Source of the DNA: the human T2T-CHM13v2.0 reference genome, Homo sapiens | Strand: one strand, 5' to 3' | Assembly: GCF_009914755.1 (NCBI RefSeq) | Contig: NC_060928.1 | Length of the DNA stretch: 64,000 nt | Shown: positions 12,901 through 28,399 of the stretch, one piece after another | Numbering within the stretch: the stretch's first letter is position 1 | Layout of the letters: each line of letters begins with the position of its first letter | The notes under the pieces: generated by a model | The model's database searches: none | Seen by the model: the letters and a program-made list of their open reading frames with translations, nothing else | What the model was told of the DNA's origin: nothing | Position numbers and translations under genes: made by a program

Positions 12901-15900
12901 TTATTATTTCTTTTCTTCTATTAATTTTAGGCTTGGTTTGCTCTTACTTTTTGAGTTCTTTGTGATGCATCATTATATTTTTATTTGAAGTTTTTTGTTT
13001 TTTTTTTTACTTTTTTGATGTAGGCATTTACTGTTATAAAAATTTCCTGTTAGTATCGCTTTTGTTGTATGCTATAGATTATAGTATGTTGTGCTTCCAT
13101 TTTTATTTGTTTAAAGAAACTTTTAAATTTCTTTCTTAATTTTGTCATTGATCCATTAGTCATTAAGAAGCATATTGTTTAATTTCCATGTATTTGCACA
13201 GTTTCCAAAATTCCTCTTGTTATAAAATTCTTTTATTCCATTGTGGTTAGAGAACATCCTTAATATATTTTCATTTTTTTAAATTATTTAAGACTTGTTT
13301 TGTGACCTAACATTTAGTCTATCCTTGAGAATGATTCATATGCTGAAGAGAAAAGAATGTATATTCTGCATCCATTGGATGAAATGTTCTGTGAATATCT
13401 ATTAGGTTCATTTAGTGTATAGTGCAGATTAAGTCTAATGTTTCTCTTTTGATTTTTCTGTCTAGATTATCTGTCCGATGATGAAATTGGGATGTTAGTC
13501 TCCAGCTATTATCATATTGCAGTGCATCTCTCTTCATACATCTAATAATATTTGCTTTATATATTGGGACACTCCAGTTTTAGATGCATATATACTTAAA
13601 ATGGTTACACCCTCTTGCTGAATTGGCTCCTTTATTATTATATAATGACCTTATTTGTTTTGGCTTATAATTTTTATCTTGAAATCTATTTTGCATCTTA
13701 TAAGTACAGCTACTCTTACTGTTTTTTGTTTCCATTGTTGTGGAATACCTTCCATTCCATTATTTTTAATCTATTTGTGTCTTTACAGGTGAAGTGTGTT
13801 TCTTGTAGGCAACAAATCAAAGAGTCTTGTTTGTTATCCATTCAGCCACTCTGTGTCTTTTGATTGAAGAGCTTAGTCCATTCACACTCAATGTTATTAC
13901 TGATAAGTAATATGTTATTCCTGCCATTTGGTTATTATTTTTCTGTTCGTTTTGTGGTCTACTCTTCCTTCTTTTCCTTCTTCCTGCCTTCTTTTAAGTA
14001 AGATGTTTTTCTCAGGTGGTATGTTTTACTTCTTGCTTTTTATTTTTTTGTGTAACTGTTACATGTTTTTTGATTTGTCATTACCATGAGACTTACAAAT
14101 AATCTTTTTTTTAATGGGTTCTTTCCAAAAGGGAAATTTAAAAATCTACAACAAATTACACCAAAGTATTTAAAAGTAATAATGACCCAGCCTCTCCCTC
14201 CACACTTGAACATCAGCCTTAGACAGAAAAGCTAAACAATGAAGATGCCCAGGTCAGGTCTCTCCACCCAAATACAAGTCCTAGAGTAGGGAGGTTGGAG
14301 CTGGGATGGTGTGGGCAGCCCTAGCTGCTGGCATTTGTTGACCACGTGAGGACGGGGCAAGGGTGAGAGAGGCTATCCCAACGTAAAAAGTAGGTCTCCA
14401 AAGACAAATTCTAAGAAAATTCCACTGAATACAAATAATATCTTATAACCCATTATTTTAAAAGTATGACAACATAGCACCAATTGCATAAACATATAAA
14501 CTAACAAAGAAGCAAGGAAAAAACTAATAAAAACTTTACACTTTAATTTCATCCCCTCTGCTTGCTAACTTTTTGTTTCTATTTATATCTTGTTATACCA
14601 TCTGTGTCTTGAAAAGTTTTTATTATTTTTGATAGGTTCATCTTTTAGTCTTTTTACTCAAGATATGAGTAGCTTACACACCACAATTATGGTGTTATAA
14701 TATTTTGTGGTTTTTTAATGTACTTACTATTACCTGTGAGTTTTGAACCTTTGGATGATTTTTTATTGTTTATTAACATCATTTTCTTTCAGATTGAAGA
14801 ACTCCCATCAGCATTTCTTGTAGAACAGGTCTGGTGTGGATGAAATTCCTCAGCTTTTGTTTGTCTGGGAAAGTATTTCTCTTTCATGTTTGAAGGATAT
14901 TTTCCCTGGATGTACATTTCTGGTATAAAAGTTTTTCTCTGTTAGCAGTTTCCTGCCAGGTTTCCACTGAGAGTCTGCTGCCAGACATACAGGAGCTCCT
15001 TTATATGTTATTTGTTTTCTTTTCTCTTGCTGCTTTTAGGACTCTTTCTTTATCTTTGACTTTTGGGAATTTGATTATTAAATGTCTGGCGTAGTTTTCT
15101 TTGGGTTACATCTGCTTGTTGTTCTATAACTTTCTTGTACTTGAATACTGATATCTTTCTTTAGGTTTGGGAAGTTCTCTGTTATTATCCCACTGAATAA
15201 ACTTTCTACCCTGCTCTCTTTCTCTACCTCCTCTTTAATCAACCATTGTTGATTATTTAGGGATCAACAGCTCTTTAGTCAGCAGATGATGAATTCTGCC
15301 AGGACTGGGTCCTTTCCTTCAAGGTAGTGGTCTTCCTTCTGACACAGATTGTGTTTAGAAATGAAATCTTAAAGCTAGGGCCTGGACTGGGGTCCTCAGG
15401 ACTCTGTCTGTTTGTCTAATCTACTGTGGCTGAGCTGGTATCCAAGTTTCAAGACAAAGTTCTCTTTATTCTCCCCTCTCCTCTCCTCAAGAAGAGGGAA
15501 CGTTTCTCTATGAAAGCTGTGAGCCATGCTTCCTGAAGTTGGGGAAGGGGTAATGCAAGCACTCCCTTGGCCTCCCCAGTCCGCTGGCTTGTATCTCATT
15601 AGGTTGTGTGCTCCCTCCCCAGTCCACTGGCTCCAAGCCCAGCACAGAACAGGACTTGCCCAGGAATTGCAAGGACCTATATTGTATTTCAGGTTTACTG
15701 AGGACCCTAGGCACTTTAGACCACAGAGACAAGGCCTGCAGGAACTCAGGTTCTGACTGATGGAATAGACAATTTGCCTCTGCCTAGGGTTGGTCTAAAT
15801 GTTCCCTCCATGGATATCAACTGAGTTCTGCCTTTTGTTGCCTTCAGTTGTCATAGGACAGCACTAGGTTCTGATGCAAATTCCCACAATCACTGCAATC

Positions 15901-16163
15901 TCCCTCCCCAAAGTGCACAGATTTTCTTTCTACTCCATGTGGCTACTGTCATGGATAGGGGAGGGGTGATGTAGACAACACAAGACTGTATTACTACCTT
16001 CTTCAGTTCCTCTTTCCTTTAATATGATGTTAAAACTAGGTACTGGGATTGTTCACCTGATCTTGGGTCCTTATGAAGGTGCTTTTTTATGTGGATAGTT
16101 GTTCAATTTGGTGTTCCTGTGGGGAGTGGGGGATCATGTGGCCATCTTGCTTCACCTCCTCCC
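9975..16163 (-). mobile_element. Near full-length decayed L1MA (L1MA1-3-like) with internal deletions
   Basis: L1MA-type 3' UTR at ~9975-10400 and ORF2 C-terminal remnant (10996-11244 'QATKAKMDQCDYIRLK...KRKPTEWEKIF'). ORF1 region at ~14800-15240; GC-richer 5' UTR at 15250-16163 ending 'gccatcttgcttcacctcctccc'. Confidence 0.93.
14105..14429 (-). pseudogene. 5'-truncated retrocopy (probable mRNA 3'-UTR fragment or orphan transduction), source unidentified
   Basis: Non-L1 sequence with a T-run at 14105-14112, flanked by direct repeat tacaaataat (14094-14103 and 14430-14439). The host L1 resumes afterwards. Confidence 0.7.
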
Positions 16164-16584
16164 TTAACTTTATAGATAAAAAGTGGTCTAATTTAAATAT
16201 AGTTCATAGAAGATATGTTATCACTGGCATCATGTTTTTGCAAACCAAAGAGAAAAGAAAATAATCAGATTCAGTAAAATAATGTATTTATATGCCTGAA
16301 ATTAAACACCCAGTTTATCTAGACTTCTGATTATTAACTGAATTTGAACATGATCTAGGTAAACAGTATTGAAAAATATTCCTTTATGTTAGTTTATATA
16401 TTTAATTCATCACAAATATATCTCTATTTGAATATTATTACTTTACCAAAGGTGACACTTTCTACAATTAATAAATGCTCTCTATTTCTTATCTTCCATA
16501 ATTCAGCTAATAGATTGAGGCATTTTGAAATACTTAAGTTCAGTATCAAAATTATCACTTAATATTCTAATTTCTTATTTCTAT

Positions 16585-17070
16585 TCATTAAAGCAATCAT
16601 CAGTGTTTATTGAATGCCAGAAACTATGTTGGAGAAATAAATAAAACAGATAAGGACACTCCTGTCATAGATATTCTAGGTCTAGTATAGAAGACAACAC
16701 TGTCTAAATAACACAAGTGTTATTTAGAACGTATATATATATATATATATTATATATATATATATATTATATATATATTTTATATATATACACACACATG
16801 TTCTACACAAGCAACACACACTCTATAAGAAAAGGCAGGTCTTCCTGAGGCTGTCATTTAAGCTGAAATATAAAGGATAGAAATGGGTTGGCTATGTGAG
16901 GACATAGGGGACAAGATTCAAATTAGATGGAACAACTAACATAAAAGTCTTAAAGACAGAGTGTGATAAGCTCAAAATAAAAAATAATTTGAGACTAGAG
17001 GTGGAAAATAAAACAAGTGGAAGTATATAAATCTAATGATTAATAGGAGCAAGATTTCAAAAGACCTCAA
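16585..17070 (-). mobile_element. L2 3' relic interrupted by (TA)n
   Basis: 'tgtttattgaatgcc...aaaacagataagg...ctagtatagaagac' and 'ctgaggctgtcatttaagctgaaatataaagga' match the L2 3' region in reverse. Confidence 0.6.
16732..16798. repeat. (TA)n-rich simple repeat with short (CA)n
   Basis: Directly visible. Confidence 0.95.
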
Positions 17071-17344
17071 GACTGTGTGTCATGGCCTGTTGTCATAAAT
17101 TGCATCTTCACTTCTTTCTTACAGGTAGAATTTCAGTTTTGTTGAAATATACACCCTTTTATGAGTTCAAAAGAGTTAATCTGCTTTTCAATCCAAGTGC
17201 TGAATCTTTGTAAAAAGCTTATCATGGAGTTCTAATTTTTCTGACCATGGACTTGGGTTAGGCATGTTAGTAAATTCTAGCTACTCTGACATGAAAGGTT
17301 TTCTACTAAAGTGCTATGGACTGAACTGTGTCCCACTCAAAAGA

Positions 17345-19794
17345 AAGAACAAATACCCTGATCACTTCACAGGTGCCTCCAGCACACCATAGCTGCCACA
17401 CTATAAGGAGAGTAGCCCAGTCTCTCTTCCCTGTTAGCCCTCACCCACTGCTCTGCACCAGGCAGGCCCCTGGCTTGGGCCCATTTCACAGCTACCTGAC
17501 CTATGGCTGAACATTCCCACTGGCAGCAGCTCTGTCTTTCTCTAGGATAAAGTTTCCAGAGGCAGCTGTCAGCCCCTCTGCCAGTGCTGCTGCAGTCATA
17601 CCGCCCTTGCTGCCCTCAGACTGGGGAAGGAACGAAGAGCCTGAGAACTGCACTTGCACCTCCAGTACACCACAGTGGCCATATGGCGTGGAACCCAGTC
17701 TCTCTTCCCTGTTAGCCCCCACATTCTGTTTTTCACCAGTCTGGGCTCCTGGCTTGGGACCTCAGTGTAGCAGCCACACCCCCAGCTAAATGTTCCCATT
17801 GGCAATGGCTCTGTGTTTCTCTGTGGTGGAGTTTCCAGGGGCAACTGACGGACCTTTTGCACTGTCACTGCAGTGAAGCTGCCCTTGGGCTGTGGAGAGA
17901 ACAAAGACTCTGATTGCTTGGCTGGCATCTCCAGCATATCGCAGCCACCATACAGGAAGTAGCCCAGTCTCTCTTTTCTATGAGCCTCTGACCTCTTATC
18001 TTCATTAGGCAGGGCCCCCAGCTCGAGCCTGTATCACAGGCACTGGATCCCCAGCTGCACATTATCATTGTCAGGGGCTTTGTGTCTCTCTAGGGCAGAG
18101 TTCCAAAGATAACTGACAGCCCCTCTGCTACTGTCATTACAGTGATACCCGCCCTTGCTGTCACCATATTGATGAAGGAACACAAAGCCTGAGGGCTTTA
18201 CTGCTGCAGGCACCATATAGAGAAGAGGCCAGATTGTCTTCTCGCAAGCCCCTCCTTCCTCCACTCCAACTAATCTTCACCAGGCAGGGACCCCTGGCTT
18301 AGGCCCGCAACACAGCCACCCTACCCATGGCTCATTATTCCAGTTGGCAGTGGCTCTGCATCTGGGGTGGAGCCCCAAAAGATAAAGTCCCTCTGCCATG
18401 GTTACTGCCAAATGCCTTGTCCTGATGCCTCCAAGCTGGGGGGAGAACAAGAAGACTGAGCTCACCCCAGAGCTGTGGAGCACTGCCCAGGAGTAACAAG
18501 CCAAGATCTGTGGCTAGCACTCAAGTGGCAGAGGAGCCCATAATCTCAGAGCACTGGGAGGGAGCACAAAAAGTTTATAGTACTAAACACCAACATCAAA
18601 AAGATAGAACGATTTCAAATTAACAACCTAACATCACATCTAGGGAAACTAGAATAATAAGCATTAACCAATCCCAAAGCTAGCAGAAGACAAAAAATAA
18701 CCACAATTAGAGCTGAACTGCAAAAACCATATAAAATGTCAACCAATCTAGGAGTTGTTTTTTTTAAAGAAAATATAATATTGATAGACCACTAGTGAGG
18801 CTAATTAAATAAAAGAGGATCCAAATAAACACAGTCAGAGATAATAAACAGGACATTACTACCAACTACAGAGAAATACCAAAAACTCTCAGAGTCTATG
18901 CACCTGAACACCTCTATGCACACAAGTTAGAAAACCTATGGAAATGAATCAATTCCTGGAAATACAACCTCCCAAGATTGAACCAGCAAGAATTTGAAAC
19001 CCTGACAAGACAAATAATAAGTTACAATATTAAACAACTAATAAAAAATGTACAAAGCAGAAAAAGCTGTGGCCCATACAAATTCAGAGCCAAATTCTCT
19101 CAGACATGCGAAGAAGAGTTGGTATCAATCCTACTGAAACCATTCAAAAAATCAGGAGAAGGGACTCCTTCCCAGCTAATTATATGAGGCCAGTACTATT
19201 CTGATACCAAAATCTGCCAAAGGCACAACGGAAAAAAAAAACAAAATTTCAGGTCAGTGTTGCAATGAACATAGATGCAAACATTCTTAACAAAATACAA
19301 ACAAACTGAATCCAGTAGTACATCAAAAGCTAATATACCAAGATTAAGTAGGCTTTATCCCTGGGATGCAAGGTCGGTTCAACATATGCAAATCAATAAA
19401 TGTTATTCATCACATGAACAGAAGGAAAAACAAAATACGAAAACCACATAGTCATCTCAATAGACTCAGAAAAGGCTTTCAATAAAATTTAACATCACTT
19501 TTGTTAAAAATGCTCAACAAACTAGACTTTGAAGGAATGCATCTCAAAATAATAAGAGCTGTCTATGAAAAACCCACAGCAAACATCATCTTGAATAGGT
19601 AAGAGCTGAAAGCAGTTCTCCTAATAACTGGAAAAAGACAAGGAGGCCCACTCTCACCACTCCTCTTCAACATAGTACAGGAAGTCCTAGCCAGAGAAAT
19701 CAGACAAGAGAAAGAAATAAAGAGGATTCAAATAGGAAGAGAAGAAGTCAAAATATGTCTCTTCATAGATGATACAATTATATGCCTAGAAAAC
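17345..19794 (+). mobile_element. L1 (L1PA15-16/L1PB-like) 5' portion: GC-rich 5' UTR with ~270 bp repeats fused directly to mid-ORF2
   Basis: Repeated 5' UTR units at 17345-18567, then ORF2 from 'aaaagtttatagtactaaac' to just past the RT catalytic motif ('ttcatagatgatacaattatatgcctagaaaac'). Confidence 0.85.
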
Positions 19795-21060
19795 ATTTAG
19801 GATTTTTATGTCTTTCTGATCAATTAACTCTTTTTTTTAAAATGGTAATACTCCTTGATTTCAATTTGCCTAGTATTAATACAGTAATACATGTTTACAC
19901 ATGATTGGTATATTCACAGTACATTATTATACTTTTGCTTCTGAACTATCTTTCTCTTTGTACTTAAAGGACATATTTTGTAAACAGCATGCAGCTTTTG
20001 TGCTCTAAGTTTGAAAATCTCTTGTCTTTTAATTGGAGTATTGAGTTTATTTACATGTAATATAATTTTGATATACTTGGGTAAGTCTGCCATTTGCAGT
20101 ATGTTTTCTAGTTGTTCCATCTGCTTTTCCTTGATTAGTTGGATTTTCTATTAATTCCTCTGTTGAAATTTTAGCTATACCTCTATGTGTACTCTTAAAA
20201 TTTATTCAGTATACAATGGTAATTTATCATAATGTATTTAGAGTTAATTGCACCACTTTTTGTAAAATGTTAGAGCCCTACAGCAGCAAAACTCTATTGT
20301 CCCCTCTCAGACCCATTCTATCATTTTGTCATATTATACATCTGTATACTTAATAAAAAGAGTCTACTCCAAAATTATTATATTTTATTTAAGTAATGCC
20401 TACTGTCAAATAAATTAAGAAGAATTAAAGAGACCAACTCTGCATTTACCCACATATTTACTACCTCAAGTGCCCTTCATTATTTTCATTAGTTTTGAAT
20501 TCCCATCTTGTATCAGTCTCTTATAGCCTAAAAATCTTCTACTCTCATTTGGTAGAGTCAGTCTGCTCAAAACAGATTTTTTTCATCACATGATGAAAAT
20601 TGCCAGAGAATTTCTTTCTCTGGAAATGGTTTCAATGTCCTTATTTGAACAGATATTTTTCTCTAGGTGTAAAACTTTAGATCGATTATTATCTTTTCTT
20701 GTCATTTAACAATGTACTTTTGTTGTGATCTGGCCTCCAGTATTTTCTGAAGAAAAGCATCCCACCATTTATATTTTTGTTTCCTCGTGTGTAATGTGAC
20801 TTTTTTTCTCTAGTTGCTTTAATGACTTCGTCATTTCTGTGGTAATCTGAAGTTTGACTTTGATGTAATTATGAATTATCATTTTCTTTATATTTATTTT
20901 GCTTGGGATACACTGAGCTGCTTGGATCTATAAGTTGATGTTTTTCTCCAAATTTGGGAAACTCTTTGGCAATATTTCTTTATATGTTTTCATCTGCTTC
21001 ATTCTCTTCTGTCATAAGGGACTATAATTACATGTGTACTTGAACAGTGTTTTAACATAT
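19795..21060 (-). mobile_element. Old L1M (L1MC-ME-like) fragment: ORF1, inter-ORF and start of endonuclease
   Basis: ORF 19914-20120 'IILHVNKLNTPIKRQ' resembles the ORF2 N-terminus (LNVNGLNxPIKR). ORF1-like antisense sequence at ~20600-21040. Confidence 0.75.
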
Positions 21061-21084
21061 TGGAATTTTTTTAGAGAAATTAGA

Positions 21085-21710
21085 ATTGTTATTCATTGCT
21101 GGTGGATGGTTCAGCTGCTGTGGAGTTTGGCAGTTTCTCAAAAAGTTAAATATAAAATTTTAAAAGTTAACTAAAAAGTTAAACATAGAATTACCATATA
21201 ACCTAGCAATTCCACTCCTAGGTACATATGGAAAAAATGCTTGTACATTCAGATTCATTGTAGCATTATTCACAATAGCCAAAAGGTGGAAGCAACTCAA
21301 ATGTACATCATCTGATGAACAAATTTAAAAATGTGATGTTTCTATACAATTAAATTATTCATCCATACAAAGGAATGAAGTATAGTACCAATAAATGAAC
21401 CTCCAAAACTTTATGCTAAGTGAAAGAAGCCCGACAGAAAACATAACACATGTATTTTTTTAAATAAAATATCCAAAATAGGTTAATCCATAGAGACAGA
21501 AAGCTGATTAACGATTGCCAAAGATTGAGGGGAGAGGAAAAGGGGAAATAATTGCTTAAAAGTTACAGGATTTACCTGTTCAGTGATTAAAATATTTAGA
21601 ATATTAAATAGAGCTGGAAGTTGTCCAACATTGTAAATGCATTAAATGTTGCTGATTTTTTACTTAAAAATAGCTAATTTTATGTTATGTGAATGTTATC
21701 TCATTTTAAA
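21085..21710 (+). mobile_element. L1MB-like 3' end
   Basis: 'aaacatagaattaccatataacctagcaattccactcctagg', 'atccatagagacagaaag', ending 'aattttatgttatgtgaatgttatctca'. Confidence 0.85.
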
Positions 21711-21714
21711 ATGT

Positions 21715-22212
21715 AACGTGATATATTGGATAGTAAAAAACTTAAAACATACAAATGTATTCAGATTAATTAAATCTTCTTCCTACCTCTTATATCCACT
21801 CAGTTATCCTTCTTGCAGTAAAGTAATATTATCAGCATTATAAGTATTTCTCCAAAGATCGTTTATACATCTATAAGCAAATAAATGTGTATTACTTCCC
21901 TACCACACATTCCTTTTACAAATGGTGATATAATTTGCATATCCTTCTGTGCCTGGCTTTTTTTCTGCTTAATATTATATCTGAAAATCACTTCTTAGTA
22001 CACACCAAATTGCTTTATTCTTTTAAGGGATGTGACATATTCCATTACATTTATTTATCTCATTCTTTTCTGATGGACATTTATAAAAGTTCCCAATACT
22101 TTTCTTTTACAAAGATACATTATACCTATGATATTTCATTTATGTGAGAATAAATCTACAGTCAATTTTCTGAAGTAGAATTACCGGATAAGAAGATAAT
22201 TGCATTTGTAAT
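21715..22212 (-). mobile_element. L1ME-like 3' UTR relic
   Basis: Degenerate 'ctgtgcctggcttttttctgcttaatattatatctg...ctgatggacattta' antisense L1 3' UTR. Confidence 0.55.
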
Positions 22213-24304
22213 TTTTTTCTTTCCAACTTTTATTTTAGCTTCAAGGAGTATATATGAGCTTTCGTTACATGGGTAAATTGCATGTTCTAGGAGTTTACTG
22301 TACAATAACTTTGTCACCTAGGTAATCAGCATAACCCCCAAAAGATAGTTTTTCAATCATCACTCTCCTCCCACCCTCCACCCTCAAGTAGGTCTTGGTA
22401 TCTATTGCTCTCTTCTTTGTGTCCATGTGTACTCAGTGTTGAGCTCCCATTTACAAGTGAGAACACGCAATATTATGTTGCATGTTCTGTTTTTAACACA
22501 GTGAATTAACAGGTTTTCTGTTTCTGTTTTAATTGACTTAGGATAATGGCCCCCAGCTCCATCCATGATGTTCCAAAGGAAATAATTTTATTATTTTTTA
22601 CAGCTGCAAAACATACCATGCCATATATGTACCAGATTTTCTTTATCCAATCCACCCCGATGGGCATCTAAGGTAACTCCATTTATTTGATACTGTGAAT
22701 AGTTTTGTGATGAACATACATGTGCATGTGCCTTTAAGATAGAATGATTTATATTCCTTTGGGTATATACTCAGTAATGAGACTGCTGAGTCAACTGGTA
22801 GTTCTTTAAGTTCTTTGAGAAATCTCCAGACTACTTTCCACAGTGAGTGAATTAATTTACATTCCCACCAGCAGTGTACAAGTGTTTCCTTTTCTCCACA
22901 ACCTCACTAGCACCTGTTATTTTTTAACTTTTTAATAATGGCCATTCGGACTCATCTGAGATGGTATCTCATTTTGGTTTTGATTTGTGTTCCCCTAATG
23001 AGTAGTGATATTGATAATTTTTTTCATATGTATATTGACCACATGTATATCTTTTTTAAATTTTATTTATTTATTTTATTTTTTTATGAGATGGAATCAT
23101 GCTCTGTCACCCAGGCTGGAGTGCAGTGTCACAATCTCAACTCACTGCAACCTCCACCTCCCAGGTTCAAGTGATTTCTCCTGCTTCAGCCTCCCAAGTA
23201 GCTGGGACTACAGGTGCGTGCCACCACGCCCAGCTAATTTTTTGTATTTTTAGTAGAGATGGGGTTTCACCATGTTAGTCAGGATGGTCTCGATCTCCTG
23301 ACCTCATGATCCTCCTGCCTTGGCCTCCCAAAGTGCTGGGATTACAGGTGTGAGCCACTGCACCTGGTCATATATCTTCTTTTGAGAAGTGACTATTCAT
23401 GTCCTTTGCCCAGTTTTAAATTGTGTGGCTTTTTTGCTTGTTGTTTTAAGTTCCTTATAGATTCTGGAAATTAGACCTTTGTTGGATGCATAGCTTATAA
23501 ATATTTATTCCAATTATGTAGATTTTCTGTTTATTCTGTTTACTCAGTAACTCTGACAGTTAATTTTGCTGAGCAGAAGCTCTTGAGTTTAAGTTTGTCC
23601 CATTTGTCAATTTTTGTTTTTGTTACTATTGCTTTTGGCATCTTCATCATGAGGTCTTTGCCAGGGCTGATGTCCAGAATGGTATTTCCTAGATTTTCTT
23701 CTAGAGTTTTTATAGTTTTAGGCTTTACATTTAAGTGTTTAGTAGATCTTGAGTTGATTTTTGTATACAGTGAAGGAAGCAATCCAGGTTCAACCTTCTG
23801 CATATGGCTAGACAGTTATCCCAGCACCATTTATTGAATAGGGAGTCCTTACCCCATTGCTTGTTGTTGTCAGCATTTGAAGATTAGACAGTATTAGGTG
23901 AGCAGTTTGCTTTCCGTGTTCTCTAACCAGTTCCATTGGTCTGTGTGTCTGTTTCCGTATGAGCATCATGCTATTTCAGTTACTGTAATCCGGTAATATA
24001 GTTTGAAGTTGGGTAGCGTGATGCTTTCAGCTTTGTTATTTTGCTTAGGATTGCTTTGGTTATTTGTGCTCTTTTTTGTTTCCAAATTAATTTTAAAATA
24101 TATATTTCTTAATTTTGTGAAAAATGTAATTGATAGTTTGATAGTAGTAACACTAAATCTATAAATTGCTTTGGACAGTATGGCCATTTTAACAATATTG
24201 GCTCTTCCTGTTTGTGAGCATGAAATGTTTTTCCATTTATTTGTATCATCTCTGATTCCCTTGAACTGTGGTTTGTAGTTCTCCTTGTAGAGATCTTTCA
24301 CCTC
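22213..24304 (-). mobile_element. L1 (L1PA15-16/L1PB-like) 3' portion: late ORF2 and 3' UTR
   Basis: ORFs 23966-24301 'KDLYKENYK' and 23540-23803 '[14 protein letters not shown]...TKIDKWD'. The 3' terminus 'ttccaacttttattttag...gttacatgggtaaattgcatg' is at 22213+. Confidence 0.93.
23052..23369 (-). mobile_element. AluS (Sc-like), inside L1
   Basis: Full dimeric Alu antisense with T-rich tail and flanking 'tatatctt' repeat. Confidence 0.95.
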
Positions 24305-24316
24305 TATTTAGGTGAA

Positions 24317-26180
<1,864 letters not shown>

Positions 26181-26579
26181 GATTCTCTGCCACTCTTCCT
26201 ATGTTCCTCCATGTCACTTACATGAAACCTCGTGATATAAAATAGAGTCTTGGCCCCACTGTCATTTCCTCATTTCCACATGTAATACAAAAAAGCTTGT
26301 AAATGTATTATCTCTGCTAAGAACTTGAAATACTTTAAGGATCCATTTAATCAGATTTGATTTATGAGGTTCTAAGAATACTTGTGCTACCTACTTCAAA
26401 CTGCACAATGTTTACTATATCAGTAAATATTGATAACAAACTAGATAACAAAACAATCTATAAAAGTGACTTAAGTTTTTCTGAAACCATATTTACTAAA
26501 GTCATGAAGAATGGAAGAGGTACAGACTATATAATTTAATGAGTTTGGTCTTAGTCTGAGAACCATTACTGAATTTTCT

Positions 26580-26877
<298 letters not shown>

Positions 26878-27064
26878 TGAATTTTCTAGGCCTTTATTTC
26901 CTCATCAATTAAGTGGCATGAATTAAGTACTTTAGTAAGAAATATATTAAGATGTTGTATAAGAAAGCAGATTTTAAACTACATAGTATCTTTCTCACAT
27001 AGAGATAATAATACCAGAAACAAATGGAGCATTGATTATCTTATGTCAATAAAATAGGAGAAGG

Positions 27065-27420
27065 AAACTAATATTTATTATAGGACTACAGTGTATCAGA
27101 TGTTATGTGAAATATTTTACGTATGCTGCTTTCCTAAATTTGAAAAAAAAATCTAGATAGTTTATTTGGATTTTGAAAATGAAAAAATGGAGACTTAGAG
27201 CATTGAAACCAGTGCTTGAGAATTTTAACTCTGGTAAGAGTTTGATAGTTAGCCAGCTTAGCTGCTAGTTGAGTTCACTGAAGACTTAGTTTCTCCGTTA
27301 GTAATATGGAAATAGTAATACATACCAGATTTAATGATATAGGTATTATATGAGAAAATCCACTAAAGTAATTAGCATAATGTCTGACACATAATAATTA
27401 CTCAAAAGTTATTTGCTAAT
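27065..27420. mobile_element. Two adjacent MIR relics in opposite orientation
   Basis: Minus-strand core 'tttgaaaatgaaaaaatggagacttagag' then plus-strand core 'cttagtttctccgttagtaatatggaaatagtaata...ctgacacataataa'. Confidence 0.5.
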
Positions 27421-28019
27421 AATGGTTCCTTTAAATAGAGAAATTTAAAATGATTGAGACAAAAAGAAAACAGAAATTTCTCTCTTATATTTTAGAAAGT
27501 GACCATGTCAGATTTGAAATCTGTTTCTGCCTCACTGGAAACCTCATGCTCTTTTCACTGAATGATGTACATAAGTCAAAAAACTTTTGGAAATTATTTA
27601 CCATGGAAGGGCAACTTACATACATTTTTCAACTGCATGCATGATTTTTTTTCACAGAAAAATAATTTGCAAGTACACAAGGACAAGTTGAAATATAAGC
27701 TTTAAAAAAGTGACACTCATCACTTACTAGAAAACATAAAGAAAAATATCACAGTTTCATGAATATTAATAAATGGGGGAATAAAGAGCTGATATTAATA
27801 GATAAAATCAAAAGACTCGAGCCTACTCTTTTATTAGACTGAGTGCCACAGGCATCACTTTCCCAGAAATATCTCCAGAATTCAGGAACTATCTTTTGCC
27901 CAAGTCAAACAACCGAAGCAAGCATGCATTAAAGGAGATGCTTTGTTTGTGTCCAGTTTAAGTAAATAAGATTTAATACTAGCAATATCAACTTCATCAA
28001 AGACAATATTTCAACTTGA

Positions 28020-28399
<380 letters not shown>

